Below are positions 38,188-48,004 of a stretch of DNA of 64,000 bases, one piece after another (within the stretch, counting starts at the first letter, position 1; each line of letters begins with the position of its first letter). This DNA comes from Methanothrix sp. (lineage in GTDB: Archaea > Halobacteriota > Methanosarcinia > Methanotrichales > Methanotrichaceae): positions 1-64,000 of the forward strand of contig JBAXWY010000010.1 in assembly GCA_037128175.1 (NCBI GenBank), read 5' to 3'. The translations under genes and the position numbers were made by a program. The notes under the pieces were generated by a model. It did not search any database. It saw only the letters and a program-made list of their open reading frames with translations, and had not been told where the DNA came from.

Positions 38188-40629
38188 ATGACTTTTCAGA
38201 TTTTGGCTCAGGCGGACCGGTCCCGCATACTATTATTGCCTCAGAGCGGCAGCAAGGTTCTTTTTGAGGGATATCTGCGTTTAAAGGACATGCCCCAGGG
38301 ACCGAGGGCCTTCAAATTCCTGGTCAAAAAAGGTGATGAGGCAGAGAAATTTCTTCCACCCGAGGACGCTTTGCGAATGCTGCGCAAAGCCGGTGCCATT
38401 TATCTTGCCCGGGGCGACGGCGCAATGGAAAAGAAGTTCATCGAGCTTTTAGGGTCCTATCAACTGAAATACAGGTTTGTGCAGGTCTGCAATCATTGCC
38501 TGGGCCAGAGAAGAGTCACTTACGTCGAGCAGGATGCTATAACCTACAAGGGCAGGCGCATCTGCGAAAACTGCGCAGCGGCTGAACTTTTGCGCGAGGC
38601 GGACTTTCGCGGCCTGGGCCATGCAGCCAAGGCTCATCTGGCCAGGATCTTGAAGACCAGGAGGAGCCTGGACGATGTGGTTAGCCTGCTATCTTTGCAG
38701 AGGCTGGAGCCGGAACTGACCCGCTTTGACACCATCCCTGCCAGCAAGGAGGAGCCTACTCTGCCGCTGGAGTCCATTGCCCTGCCTAAGGATCTCTTGG
38801 AGCTCCTCAAGAAGAGGCTGACCAGGCTTTTGCCGGTACAATCCAGGTCGGTGAAGGCGGGCCTTTTGGAAGGACGAAATCAGCTGGTCGTCTCGGCCAC
38901 GGCCACCGGTAAGAGCCTCATCGGTGAGATGGCCGGTGTCAAGAATCTGATGGAAAATAAGGGAAAGCTGCTCTTTTTGGTGCCGCTCGTGGCCTTAGCT
39001 AATCAGAAGTTCGATCAGCTCAGCGCATACAGGGAATTGGGCTTTCAAACATCCATCCGTGTCGGGGTCAGCCGCATCCGTTTGGGAAAGGGGCGCAATA
39101 TTCCCCAGAGCATGAATGCCGACATCATTTCCGGAACTTACGAGGGCATAGATCAGGTGATTCGCACCAAGAAGAGCCTGGGGCGTGTGGGCACAGTCGT
39201 CATCGACGAGGTGCATATGCTGGAGGACGCCGAGCGCGGCCACAGGCTAGCGGGCATGATCGCCCGGCTGAAGAATGCCGCCCCCAAAGCCCAGTTCATC
39301 TTCCTATCCGCTACGGTAGGCAATCCCGCTGCGCTCGCCAAGCGCCTGGGCACAACGCTGGTCGAGTATTCACTACGACCGGTGCCCATCGAGCGGCATC
39401 TCATCTTCACCTCAGGACCGGAGAAACGCAAGCTTCTGCGGGAGCTGTCCAAAGAGGCGCAGGCCCTGACTTCGTCTACGGGCTACCGGGGTCAGACCAT
39501 CATCTTCACCAATTCCAGAAAGAACTGCTACAATCTGGCCGATGCCATTCCCGGTGCCTCCGCATATCATGCCGGTCTACAGTACCCGGAGAGAAAGAAG
39601 GTCGAGGAGCTGTTTGGCCAGGGCAAGATTCATACCGTGGTCACCACCGCGGCCCTGGCGGCAGGCGTGGACTTTCCCGCCTCGCAGGTGGTCTTCGAAT
39701 CTTTGGCCATGGGCATCGAGTGGCTCAATGTGCATGAGTTCAATCAGATGTTAGGCAGGGCCGGCAGGCCCGGCTATCATGACAAGGGGCTGGTCTACAT
39801 TCTGGCCGAGCCGGGCCGGCGCTTCTCTTCCAAACGGAGTGAATCGGAGGACGAGATGGCCCTGGCCTTGCTGAACGGCCAGATGGAAGACGTGGCACCG
39901 GAATTTGAGGAATCGCAGCAACAAGAGGAGGTGCTGGCCAATGCCGTGGCAGCTCGCTCCCGAGCGGAATTGGAAAAGCTGCACGACCTTACCGTGGGCC
40001 TGGACGACCTGAACAGCTCGCTCGCGTCTCTGGAGAAGGCAGGGCTGGTGAAGGGCATCGTGCCCACCCGTTTAGGCGAAGCGGCAGCGGCCCATTTCCT
40101 GGCTCCGGAGCAGGTGGCCACCATTGTCAAGCTGCTCGGCAAGGGCAAGAGCCCCCTGGAGGTGGCGGTGGCGTTGGAGAGCTTCGAGGCTCTTTACCTC
40201 AAATTCGCAGAACGCATCTCCATCAAATTGCACATGCAAATCTCCCAGAGGGCACTGCATGGCTCTTTTTTGGATCTGCTCTCCAGCTCCGACCTACAGG
40301 AGCTGGATAACAAGCTGCAGAGGTACTGCATGGACTTCTCACGGGACTTTCTGCGCTGCATCTGCAAGGAATCGCCCTACTGCGGCTGTGTCCAGAAGAG
40401 CATATCGCTGCGCATTCTGGATCTGCGGGCGGAAGGCAAGAGCCCGGATGGGATTATCGACTACTTCAGCGACAGGTACGGGATGTACGCCTACCAGGGA
40501 GATCTCATCAACTGGCTGGACCAGATGGTGCGCTACCTGGAGGCCATCGAAGCGGTGGCACGGGTGTTGGGCAAGGAGGCGGCGGCCAAGGAGGCGGGGG
40601 AGAGGAAGAAGAGGGTGGAGGGGGAGTGA
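38188..40629 (+). CDS. Ski2-like DExH helicase (ASH-Ski2-like)
   Basis: ATATGKS, DEVH, SAT and QMLGRAGR; Cys motifs at both ends. Confidence 0.9.
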   Translation: MTFQILAQADRSRILLLPQSGSKVLFEGYLRLKDMPQGPRAFKFLVKKGDEAEKFLPPEDALRMLRKAGAIYLARGDGAMEKKFIELLGSYQLKYRFVQVCNHCLGQRRVTYVEQDAITYKGRRICENCAAAELLREADFRGLGHAAKAHLARILKTRRSLDDVVSLLSLQRLEPELTRFDTIPASKEEPTLPLESIALPKDLLELLKKRLTRLLPVQSRSVKAGLLEGRNQLVVSATATGKSLIGEMAGVKNLMENKGKLLFLVPLVALANQKFDQLSAYRELGFQTSIRVGVSRIRLGKGRNIPQSMNADIISGTYEGIDQVIRTKKSLGRVGTVVIDEVHMLEDAERGHRLAGMIARLKNAAPKAQFIFLSATVGNPAALAKRLGTTLVEYSLRPVPIERHLIFTSGPEKRKLLRELSKEAQALTSSTGYRGQTIIFTNSRKNCYNLADAIPGASAYHAGLQYPERKKVEELFGQGKIHTVVTTAALAAGVDFPASQVVFESLAMGIEWLNVHEFNQMLGRAGRPGYHDKGLVYILAEPGRRFSSKRSESEDEMALALLNGQMEDVAPEFEESQQQEEVLANAVAARSRAELEKLHDLTVGLDDLNSSLASLEKAGLVKGIVPTRLGEAAAAHFLAPEQVATIVKLLGKGKSPLEVAVALESFEALYLKFAERISIKLHMQISQRALHGSFLDLLSSSDLQELDNKLQRYCMDFSRDFLRCICKESPYCGCVQKSISLRILDLRAEGKSPDGIIDYFSDRYGMYAYQGDLINWLDQMVRYLEAIEAVARVLGKEAAAKEAGERKKRVEGE

Positions 40630-40636
40630 GCATGAA

Positions 40637-40918
40637 TCAAAGCAAGAGATCTCGAATTATAGCTATAATTTCTTCCCTTCTCTTGAAGTTGAGAGAAATC
40701 TGATCCCCATAGCTTGTAGGTTTCAGATTCAAGAATCCTTCTTTGATTGCCGCATCAATAACCTCTTTAGCAGCCCCTAATTCATGACCGGGTATGCCCT
40801 TCACAGCATTTTCCTTGCTGGTATGAACAGGACCCCATTTGCCGCGTCGATCCAGTTTATCAAATATGGTGGCTCTTATCTTTTCGATCTCTGCGGAATC
40901 TTTAAGGCGTTTAGCCAT
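40637..40918 (-). CDS. Small basic hypothetical protein
   Basis: 93-aa ORF (KWGPVHTS..KGIPGH..KPTSYG..ISLN) with lower GC. Confidence 0.6.
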   Translation of the reverse strand: MAKRLKDSAEIEKIRATIFDKLDRRGKWGPVHTSKENAVKGIPGHELGAAKEVIDAAIKEGFLNLKPTSYGDQISLNFKRREEIIAIIRDLLL

Positions 40919-41066
40919 TCGTCTGCCAAATGGTCGAAAAGAGATTTAAATGTATCGATTGTTCAATATTTTATACATCGATGAAAAGATTTATTTAGCT
41001 AAAATACTAACAAGTGTTTAAAAGCCCATATCATTTAGTGATGCTCAATGGAAGGCGAGCCCAATC

Positions 41067-41456
41067 ATGTACCAAACAACTCACTCAGAAGATCATGAAG
41101 AGACATTATTCCTTCGGACTCTTTGCATTAAAAGCCCAGTGTTCAGGATCTTAGACTTCCTGATGGACAACAAGGTTTACGATTATTCAAAAACCGATAT
41201 TGCAAAAGGTGCTGGGATCAGCCGAACAACCTTATCTTCTGCCTGGGAAAACTTAGAGAAAAATGGCCTGGTAAGTGAGACGCGAGAAGTTGGAAGAGCA
41301 AAGATGTATAAATTGAATCTGAAAAGCCCAGTGGTCCTGAAATTCATAGAGCTGGATAATGCCATCTGTGAACTTTATAGAAACCGGTTGGAGGATCAAG
41401 AGGACTCAAAAGATCTACAAGATAACAGAGTCGATCTGCGACCTATTCTTGCCTGA
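41067..41456 (+). CDS. wHTH protein
   Basis: RILDFL..YSKTDIAKGAGISRTTL..TREVGRAKMYKLN. Confidence 0.8.
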   Translation: MYQTTHSEDHEETLFLRTLCIKSPVFRILDFLMDNKVYDYSKTDIAKGAGISRTTLSSAWENLEKNGLVSETREVGRAKMYKLNLKSPVVLKFIELDNAICELYRNRLEDQEDSKDLQDNRVDLRPILA

Positions 41457-41607
41457 TTTATCTTTTTAGACTTGCTCGACGTCATGGGAATCCTGAGAAC
41501 AAACTGAAACGTATTCCCTGGAATTCTCCGCGGCTTCTTGCGCAGCGCCTGCAAGCAGTCGCCCTAATGCTGCTCATTTGTCATCGGTCAAAGAAGATAC
41601 AGTCTTT

Positions 41608-41681
41608 TTCGCGCCATTCGCGGCTTCGCGCGAGATTCTTCTTCACGCGAAGGCGCGAAGACGCGAAGTCTCGACGAGAGA
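41608..41681. repeat. REP-like palindrome (TTCGCG/CGCGAAG family)
   Basis: TTCGCGGCTTCGCGCGAGA..TCACGCGAAGGCGCGAAGACGCGAA inverted arms. Confidence 0.75.
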
Positions 41682-41910
41682 AAGACAATTCATGCCACAC
41701 GCTTGTTGATTCCAGCTTTAACCGATGACTCTTTCATCCAATCCTTTTTAGGGAGCATTCAACAGATACAAATAATCGTGATGATATTACTGAAGCGGCT
41801 GAGGGGCTTGGCCAGGAATATGCAATGCACCGATTTATTTTTGCCTGTTTAGTGCTCGCCTTGATGGCGCAGGGAGCCGGAGCCGAGGGACAAATCGCTT
41901 GGAGGATAAG

Positions 41911-42977
41911 ATGATGCCAAAGACATCTCTTCTGCGCTTGACATGTATTGTTTTATTGTTCGGCGTGTTGTTTGCATGCGCTCTGGAGAATACGGCAGTT
42001 GCATATACTGGAAGCGTCGATTTTCCTGAGCTATTCAAGTTCAGCAACCAGAAAAACGTGAATCTGGAAACAGCTTGCTCTCCATTTCTCATTCGTTCAA
42101 GGACAATTCAGTTTCCGTCACGCAGGAGTTGCTCGCTGCAATAATAGCAACGCTTGACAAGGAAGTTGGGGAGAGCTATCTGCCTGTCGAAGAACAGTGA
42201 GACTACGGAATGGGGCCGGGCAGTACCTACACAATTGGCGACTCCCGTAGATCAACTTCCTACAATGGCGGAGTGGACTACAAGGGGCGCGGATACATAC
42301 AGATAACGCACAAGGAGAATTACCAGAAATATTGCGGCCCTGACTGTGTTGGAACTTCTGCACCGGAACTTGATGTATGCGGATGCAAGAACCAATGGTA
42401 TTGCACAGTTACTGATCCGGCCGTATGCCCACAGGCAAGAACTCTTCAGCCGGATTATGCAGCCAGGATATTCGCCTCATATTACATTGAAAATAGCCTT
42501 GTATCCCTATCAAATGCAGAGAGCTACTGGAATGTCGGCAAGGCGATAAACGGCGGCGATGCGTATGCGTCTGACTTTAATGCCAAGGCAAACGCCTATC
42601 TCACGCTGTTCCTTAACAATACGGACAAGACAACGACGCTTCTCACTTGGCTGAACTCAGGCACTTCGGCTAAGGGCGATTTTGATGTAATTCATGCATC
42701 TATCTGGACTGTGAGTGAGACAGGTCCCACAGGTAATTGTCCTGGGACGTGGACACGACGTCCAGGAACTGACACATTTGATGCATCCTGGTCTTGTGAA
42801 GGAGGTGTTACGGATGTTATCGATATCACATCGGTTGAGGGAAATAAGATCGTCCTACATCGGCGTGGAATTAATGGAGATTATACAGGAATAATTTCAC
42901 CTGACGGCACAAGTATTTCAGGAACAGGTTCATGGTTTAGCCCTGGCACGAAATGGTTAGTATCTGTTCCCACGTAG
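41911..42977 (+). pseudogene. Secreted GH19/lysozyme-like hydrolase, disrupted by a frameshift and an in-frame TGA
   Basis: Signal peptide at 41911; frameshift at about 42075; AAIIATLDKEVG..PVEEQ*DYG with TGA at 42198-42200; GH19 signature YKGRGYIQITHKENY; KAINGG. Confidence 0.7.
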
Positions 42978-43375
42978 ATAGCAACTCTAATTACGGTAGC
43001 ATAGGCTCTCAATGGATCCCACATTCAGAACGTTGACTTACTTCCTACTGACAGGACCTGATCATTCGGGTCTGGAGGCTCTGACGCCAGGAGGATCTTG
43101 GTCGCCTCCCGCTTAGAATCCCCGGCAAGCCCTGCGGCGACCGGCTCCCGCCCGCTGGCCCGAGGGCCGCCTGGCCATGAGGCTGCCCAGGGCCGGACGC
43201 CGTCTGCGCGTGCCTGCGCCCGGATCAAGCCAGGATGCGATCATTTTTTACATCATATCTTCAGTGCTACCTGAACCACGGTCCCACGGGCCTCCCGCGC
43301 CCCGAGCACGAGTGCACGCGCACGCGAGCGGGTCCGGTCGGACGTGCTGGAGGTGCCGATCCAGCGATTGATTTT

Positions 43376-43754
43376 TCATTTCGTTTTTCCAATGGACTTC
43401 ACGAAGTGAATGTATTCTTCGGCCTTTATCCCGGCGCTTTCCAGGGCTTCAATTGTCCTGGGATCGCTGAGTAACCTATCCAGTATCAGAGGAGTTGAAT
43501 CATATGCTTTATCATGATCATTCGAAGTTTATTAATAAAATTACATCTTTGATAATAGTATAAATAATAACAAATGGATCAAGATGCTCACTGCGTAGCC
43601 CCCTGAGGGCGTGACGTTTGGGTTCTCCGATTTCCGGATTGATGCTGATCTCCTGGAGCTTCCTGATAACTCGCTCTTTTAATAATCCATCTTTTTTAGT
43701 CAGCTTTTTAAATTTTTTATCAAAATAGTATGTTGCGATGGTCTGGAAAGCCAT
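43376..43754 (-). pseudogene. RelE/YafQ-type toxin copy 1 (+1 frameshift at about 43522)
   Basis: FDKKFKKL..NPEIGEPKRHALRGLRSEH..FVIIY; shifted tail HDKAY..KSIGKTK*; span 379 nt = 3n+1. Confidence 0.75.
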
Positions 43755-43760
43755 GGCAAT

Positions 43761-43925
43761 CTAAAGGTTTCGGAAATGCTCTGCCAGCTCATCAGCATTT
43801 TTGAGGCGGGTAAATCGTCCCTCTTTAAAGTCCCTGAGCCCTTTGATAATGCCCGTGGCAATGTCATCTTCTTCGATATTGGCCCGAGTGGATTTCCTCT
43901 CCGGAGCTTTTACAACAGCAGGCAT
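43761..43925 (-). CDS. Putative antitoxin (54 aa), copy 1
   Basis: MPAVVKAPERKSTRANIEEDDIATGIIKGLRDFKEGRFTRLKNADELAEHFRNL, directly upstream of relE. Confidence 0.7.
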   Translation of the reverse strand: MPAVVKAPERKSTRANIEEDDIATGIIKGLRDFKEGRFTRLKNADELAEHFRNL

Positions 43926-44160
43926 GGTATGCAATCTTACGCCTTAGGCTATAAGGATTTCGAAAAGATGACGATCAGTTGCAGGCGCATGTGACCAAAA
44001 TCGGCGACCCTGCAGCATGGCGACCGGCTCCCGCCCGCGGGCCTGTTGCCGCCTGGCCGAAAGGCTGCACAGGGCCGACAGCCACGCGCGCGAGCGGGCC
44101 CGGCCGGGCGGGCAGCCGCGGCCACTTCCTCCGCCCTGTAGATGTTCGAAAACAGAGATC

Positions 44161-44362
44161 CTAAAGCTCACGCAAACGAATTCGTCCCGGTTCCACAACA
44201 GCGAAATGGCCTGGCCAATCGCATCTTGAATCCAATACCTCGGCAATCATCTTCATCGCAAATACTGGGCGTGCTTTCGGCGATGGCCAGAACATCATTC
44301 CCCTTTCTTCGCAACAATTCGATGGCCAGGAAGGGTATATTTTCGTCAGCCAGAAGCCGCAT
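44161..44362 (-). pseudogene. DUF5615 (PIN-like) toxin with an internal deletion
   Basis: MRLLADENIP..GNDVL..DED joined out of frame to the C-terminal DWPGHFAVVEPGRIRLREL*; the middle part is missing. Confidence 0.7.
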
Positions 44363-44609
44363 TAAGGCCATCCTGCAAGGCTGTATTTGGATAGACACGT
44401 TCCGATTTCATCATGGAGCTGGCGTAGCAGAGACAGGCCTGAATGTCTTCATGAACTAATCGGGGGTAGTTCTGGAGTATCTCGGACTCTTTCCAGCCAT
44501 TGGCCAAAAGGTCGATAACAAATTCCACCGCCAGGCGCGTGCCTTTGATCACGGGTTTTCCTACAAGGATTTTGGGGTCTAGAGATATGCGGTCTTGCCA
44601 ATTGATCAT
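44346..44609 (-). CDS. DUF433-family antitoxin
   Basis: DPKILVGKPVIKGTRL..ILQNYPRL..DIQACL.YA. Confidence 0.9.
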   Translation of the reverse strand: MINWQDRISLDPKILVGKPVIKGTRLAVEFVIDLLANGWKESEILQNYPRLVHEDIQACLCYASSMMKSERVYPNTALQDGLNAASG

Positions 44610-44795
44610 AGATCATATTATGTGGACCATTAAGATATATTTTCTGCGGACGGAGGACAAGAGAGAGGCTGCATCGAGCGACCGGCATCCGCCCGCGGGC
44701 CTGGGCCGCATGGCCGAGAGGCTGCCCTAGGCCAGACGCCGTCCCACGCAGGCGTGGGCAGGCGGACGATATGCAAAGGCAGGCAATAATTCGTA

Positions 44796-45212
44796 TCACT
44801 CAAGGACTCGTTCGATCGCCTCAGAGATGCTCCAGACCTCAATCATCCCTTCTTCACTTATGCGTCTGAAATGGGCATCATTGGTGATCAAAATTGCTCC
44901 GGTGTGCAGGCAGGTTGCAGCATGAACGATATCTGCACTTTCGCTGGGTGGAAAGAAAGGCTTGCATGACAGGATGTCCTCTTCAGACTGCTCTATTATC
45001 ACCAGCTTGCCAAGAAGGATTGCCAGGAACGCATCAGCTTCGAACTTTTTTGCATATTTCTCGTATTCCGAGACGAGGATGTCGTCAGCGACCAGCTCCC
45101 ATGAACCGTCCAGGAGCCTCAAGAATAGCTCCGTGCTCTTCGTGTTTCCACGTTTTACAGCAGCAATGAACAGGTTCGTATCAATTAAGAACCTTGTACT
45201 TTTGCCGGGCAA
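44796..45212 (-). CDS. PIN-domain (VapC-like) toxin
   Basis: FLIDTNLF; E in SEYEK; ADIVH; LITNDAHF; probable TTG start overlapping abrB. Confidence 0.85.
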   Translation of the reverse strand: MPGKSTRFLIDTNLFIAAVKRGNTKSTELFLRLLDGSWELVADDILVSEYEKYAKKFEADAFLAILLGKLVIIEQSEEDILSCKPFFPPSESADIVHAATCLHTGAILITNDAHFRRISEEGMIEVWSISEAIERVLE

Positions 45213-45441
45213 GCTTATTGGCCTCTTCTTCGATCTCAGCTTCGAACTTATCCAGATCAACGTTTTTGGCTTTTTCGATTATCTCATCCAGCAAGGATTT
45301 CAAATCGATTTTTTTTAGCACAATGGCATCAGGTCCCAGTTCATCCACTGCGAACTCGTCGCCGGGATTTATGCCCAGCCTGCGGCGGAGATCATTTGGA
45401 AGAACCACTCTTCCTTTATCATCAACTTTCGTGAACGGCAT
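45181..45441 (-). CDS. AbrB/MazE-family antitoxin
   Basis: KVDDKGRVVLPNDLRRRLGINPGD; operator-like TCCCA-CTAA-TGGGA at 45452-45465. Confidence 0.9.
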   Translation of the reverse strand: MPFTKVDDKGRVVLPNDLRRRLGINPGDEFAVDELGPDAIVLKKIDLKSLLDEIIEKAKNVDLDKFEAEIEEEANKLARQKYKVLN

Positions 45442-45840
45442 AGATTATCAATCCCACTAATGGGAGTATTCATGTTTAAGCTTTTGGATAGGACGGTTTG
45501 CTTCTCATGATTAGCGGTTCGTCATCGTCCTTCAATGCAAGGGAGCAGTGATCCCCGACTGATTAAGATCACTCCACCTAAACCCTGGCGAGGCTGCGGC
45601 GGGCGACCGGCTCCCGCCCGCGGGCCTGTTGCCGCCTGGCCATGAGGCTGCCCAGGGCCGTACGCCGTCTGCGCGTGCCTGCGCCCGGATCAAGCCAGGA
45701 TGCGATCATTTTTTACATCATATCTTCAGTGCTACCTGAACCACGGTCCCACGGGCCTCCCGCGCCCCGAGCACGAGTGCACGCGCACGCGAGCGGGTCC
45801 GGTCGGACGTGCTGGAGGTGCCGATCCAGCGATTGATTTT

Positions 45841-46217
45841 TCATTTCGTTTTTCCAATGGACTTCACGAAGTGAATGTATTCTTCGGCCTTGATCCCGGC
45901 GCTTTCCAGGGCTTCAATTGTCCTGGGATCGCAAAGTAGCCTATCCAGTATCTGAGGAGTTGAATCATATGCTTGATCATGATTATCGAAGTTTATTAAT
46001 AAAACTACATCTTTGATAATAGCATAGATAATAACAAATGGATCAAGATGCTCACTGCGAAGCCCCCTGAGTGCGTGACGTTTGAGCTCTCCGATTTCCG
46101 GATGATGCTGATCTCCTGGAGCTTCCTGATAACTCGCTCTTTTAATAATCCATCTTTTTTAGTCAGCTTTTTAAATTTTTTATCAAAACAGTACGTTGTT
46201 ATGGTCTGGAAAGCCAT
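45841..46217 (-). pseudogene. RelE/YafQ-type toxin copy 2 (-1 frameshift at about 46102)
   Basis: Paralogue of 43376-43754; GGATGATG versus GGATTGATG; span 377 nt = 3n-1. Confidence 0.75.
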
Positions 46218-46223
46218 GGCTGT

Positions 46224-46388
46224 CTAAAGGCTTCGGAAATGCTCTGCCAGCTCATCAGCATTTTTAAGGCGGGTAAAACGTCCCTCTTTGAAGTCCCGGA
46301 GGCCTTTGATAATGCCCGCAGCAATGTCATCTTCTTCGGGATTGGTCCGAGTGGATTTCCTCTCTAGAGCTTTCACAACAGCAGGCAT
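46224..46388 (-). CDS. Putative antitoxin (54 aa), copy 2
   Basis: Intact 165-nt paralogue of 43761-43925. Confidence 0.7.
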   Translation of the reverse strand: MPAVVKALERKSTRTNPEEDDIAAGIIKGLRDFKEGRFTRLKNADELAEHFRSL

Positions 46389-46655
46389 GGTATCCAATCT
46401 TACGCCTTAGGCTATAAGGATTTCGAAAAGATGACGACCTGTTACCGGCGCATGTGACCTAAATCCAGGCGGCCTTGCAGAAAGGCGACCGGCTCCCGCC
46501 CGCGGGCCTGGTGCCACATGCCACGGGGCTGCCCAGGGCCGGACGCAACGCGCACGCGAGCGGGCCCGGTCGGGCAGGCGGAAGTGGGTTTCCGATGACG
46601 GTCGTCATGCCGGAAAGAAAGGTTAAATCCTAACAGTATGCATATGTCTCATGAC

Positions 46656-46913
46656 ATGTTCGCCGAATACATTGCAGCCGCCCTGGAGCGAGCCAAATAT
46701 GAAATAATCGATGACCCTGAGCCGTATTATGCCTCAGTTCCCGGGCTGCCGGGAGTGTGGGCCACCGGCAAGACCTTTGAAGAATGCCGCAGGGAGCTTA
46801 TCAGCACAATTGAAGGATGGATTGTGCTGGGCCTGCGGATGGGGCATCCCATCCCATCGATCGATGGCCACACTATATTTGTGTCCCTGGAGCCGGTGGC
46901 GGTTGTCGAGTAA
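46656..46913 (+). CDS. hicB: HicB-family antitoxin
   Basis: YYASVPGLPGVWATGKTFEECRRELISTIEGW. Confidence 0.85.
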   Translation: MFAEYIAAALERAKYEIIDDPEPYYASVPGLPGVWATGKTFEECRRELISTIEGWIVLGLRMGHPIPSIDGHTIFVSLEPVAVVE

Positions 46914-47130
46914 ACTGGTTCCAGTATCCAGACGCGAGCTGATCCGGCGGCTGGGTGATCTGGGATTCAATGGACCATTCACCGGCACAGACCATGAATT
47001 CATGACAAAGGGAGCTGCGCGCGTTAAACTGCCAAATCCGCACCATGGCCAGGATATCGGCGCGGATCTCCTTGTCAGAATTTTAAGGGACTCTGGAATC
47101 AGCCGCGATGAGTGGTTCAGAGTGGCCTGA
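46903..47130 (+). CDS. hicA: HicA-family toxin
   Basis: PVSRRELIRRL..GF..GTDHEFM..LPNPH..DI..LL.RIL; TTG start overlapping hicB. Confidence 0.8.
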   Translation: MSSKLVPVSRRELIRRLGDLGFNGPFTGTDHEFMTKGAARVKLPNPHHGQDIGADLLVRILRDSGISRDEWFRVA

Positions 47131-47377
47131 AATGGCAAAGGCTGTTGATGGCAGGCTTTTCGTCCTGGCAGAAGCGGCTTGCTTAGAATCCCGGCGGCCT
47201 TTCAGCATGGCGACCAGCTCCCGCCCGCGGGCCTGTTGCCGCCTGGCCGATGGGCTGCCCAGGGCCGGACGCCACGCGCGCGCGAGCCCAGTCGGACGGG
47301 CAGCCGCGGCGCTTCCTCTGCACGTTGGTGGTGGAGCTGATCGTTAGGGTGCTTGAAAAAAAGATCCAGAAATGCTA

Positions 47378-47602
47378 TTAAAGCAGATCTTGCAGTTCTT
47401 CGAGGCTTATATCGGCATCCTTCAAAATTGCATGCAATGTGCCTTTGCGAAGGTCTTTGCTATGAAATGGAACAACGGCAATCGTTTCCGTTCGTCGATT
47501 ATAGTAATAGTAATGGCTCCCTCTGACTCGTATCAGCTCAAATCCAGCGTTCTCCAAAGCCCCGGCAAGCTTTTGGGGTGTTAATACAGGGAGTTTAGGC
47601 AT
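47378..47602 (-). CDS. hicA: HicA-family toxin
   Basis: MPKLP..LENAGF..RGSH..VVPFH..LRKGTLHAILKDA. Confidence 0.9.
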   Translation of the reverse strand: MPKLPVLTPQKLAGALENAGFELIRVRGSHYYYYNRRTETIAVVPFHSKDLRKGTLHAILKDADISLEELQDLL

Positions 47603-47828
47603 GGGCTTCAACGAAAACCGTATATTCTAAAACATCGTTATCTGTTGGCACTTCTTTCCCCAAATCGATCAAAGTTTCAATATAGCCTTCTATCGCCTCT
47701 TTGGCCATGGAAATGGCTTCCTCAACAGTCTCACCAAAGGTAACACATCCAGCCAAAGCAGGCACTATCACAGTATAGCCGCCTTCCTCTTCTTTTTCGA
47801 GCCTGATTCGGTAATTCAGAGTCTTCAT
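47595..47828 (-). CDS. hicB: HicB-family antitoxin
   Basis: EEEGGYTVIVPALAGCVTFGETVEEA; homologue of 5306-5539. Confidence 0.9.
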   Translation of the reverse strand: MKTLNYRIRLEKEEEGGYTVIVPALAGCVTFGETVEEAISMAKEAIEGYIETLIDLGKEVPTDNDVLEYTVFVEAHA

Positions 47829-48004
47829 TGAAATATAATATGCTGTTTTGCCTATTCAACTTTTAGGTCCCTCTGCCTGCACAATCCCCTACTCTTGGGC
47901 AGCAACTACCTTCGCCACCGAGCACGAGTGCACGTGCGCGCGAGCGCGCCCACTTGTGCGACCGGTGGGCCGATTGAGCATTGTCTAATCAGCCGCGAAT
48001 TCTT

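Noticed and set aside
34259-40629. psmB-fttA-HTH-helicase cluster as a novel system
   Set aside because: The psmB-aCPSF1 linkage is a known archaeal arrangement and the region looks like ordinary core genome.
42198-42200. Selenocysteine at the in-frame TGA of the GH19-like gene
   Set aside because: The gene also has a frameshift, the context suggests GGA to TGA, and it is not a redox enzyme.
43025-44246. Short Arg/Pro/Gly-rich ORFs across the repeats (for example GREPVAML..GRR)
   Set aside because: Frames are not preserved between copies. A remote origin from some gene's 3' end cannot be excluded, but I could not identify one.
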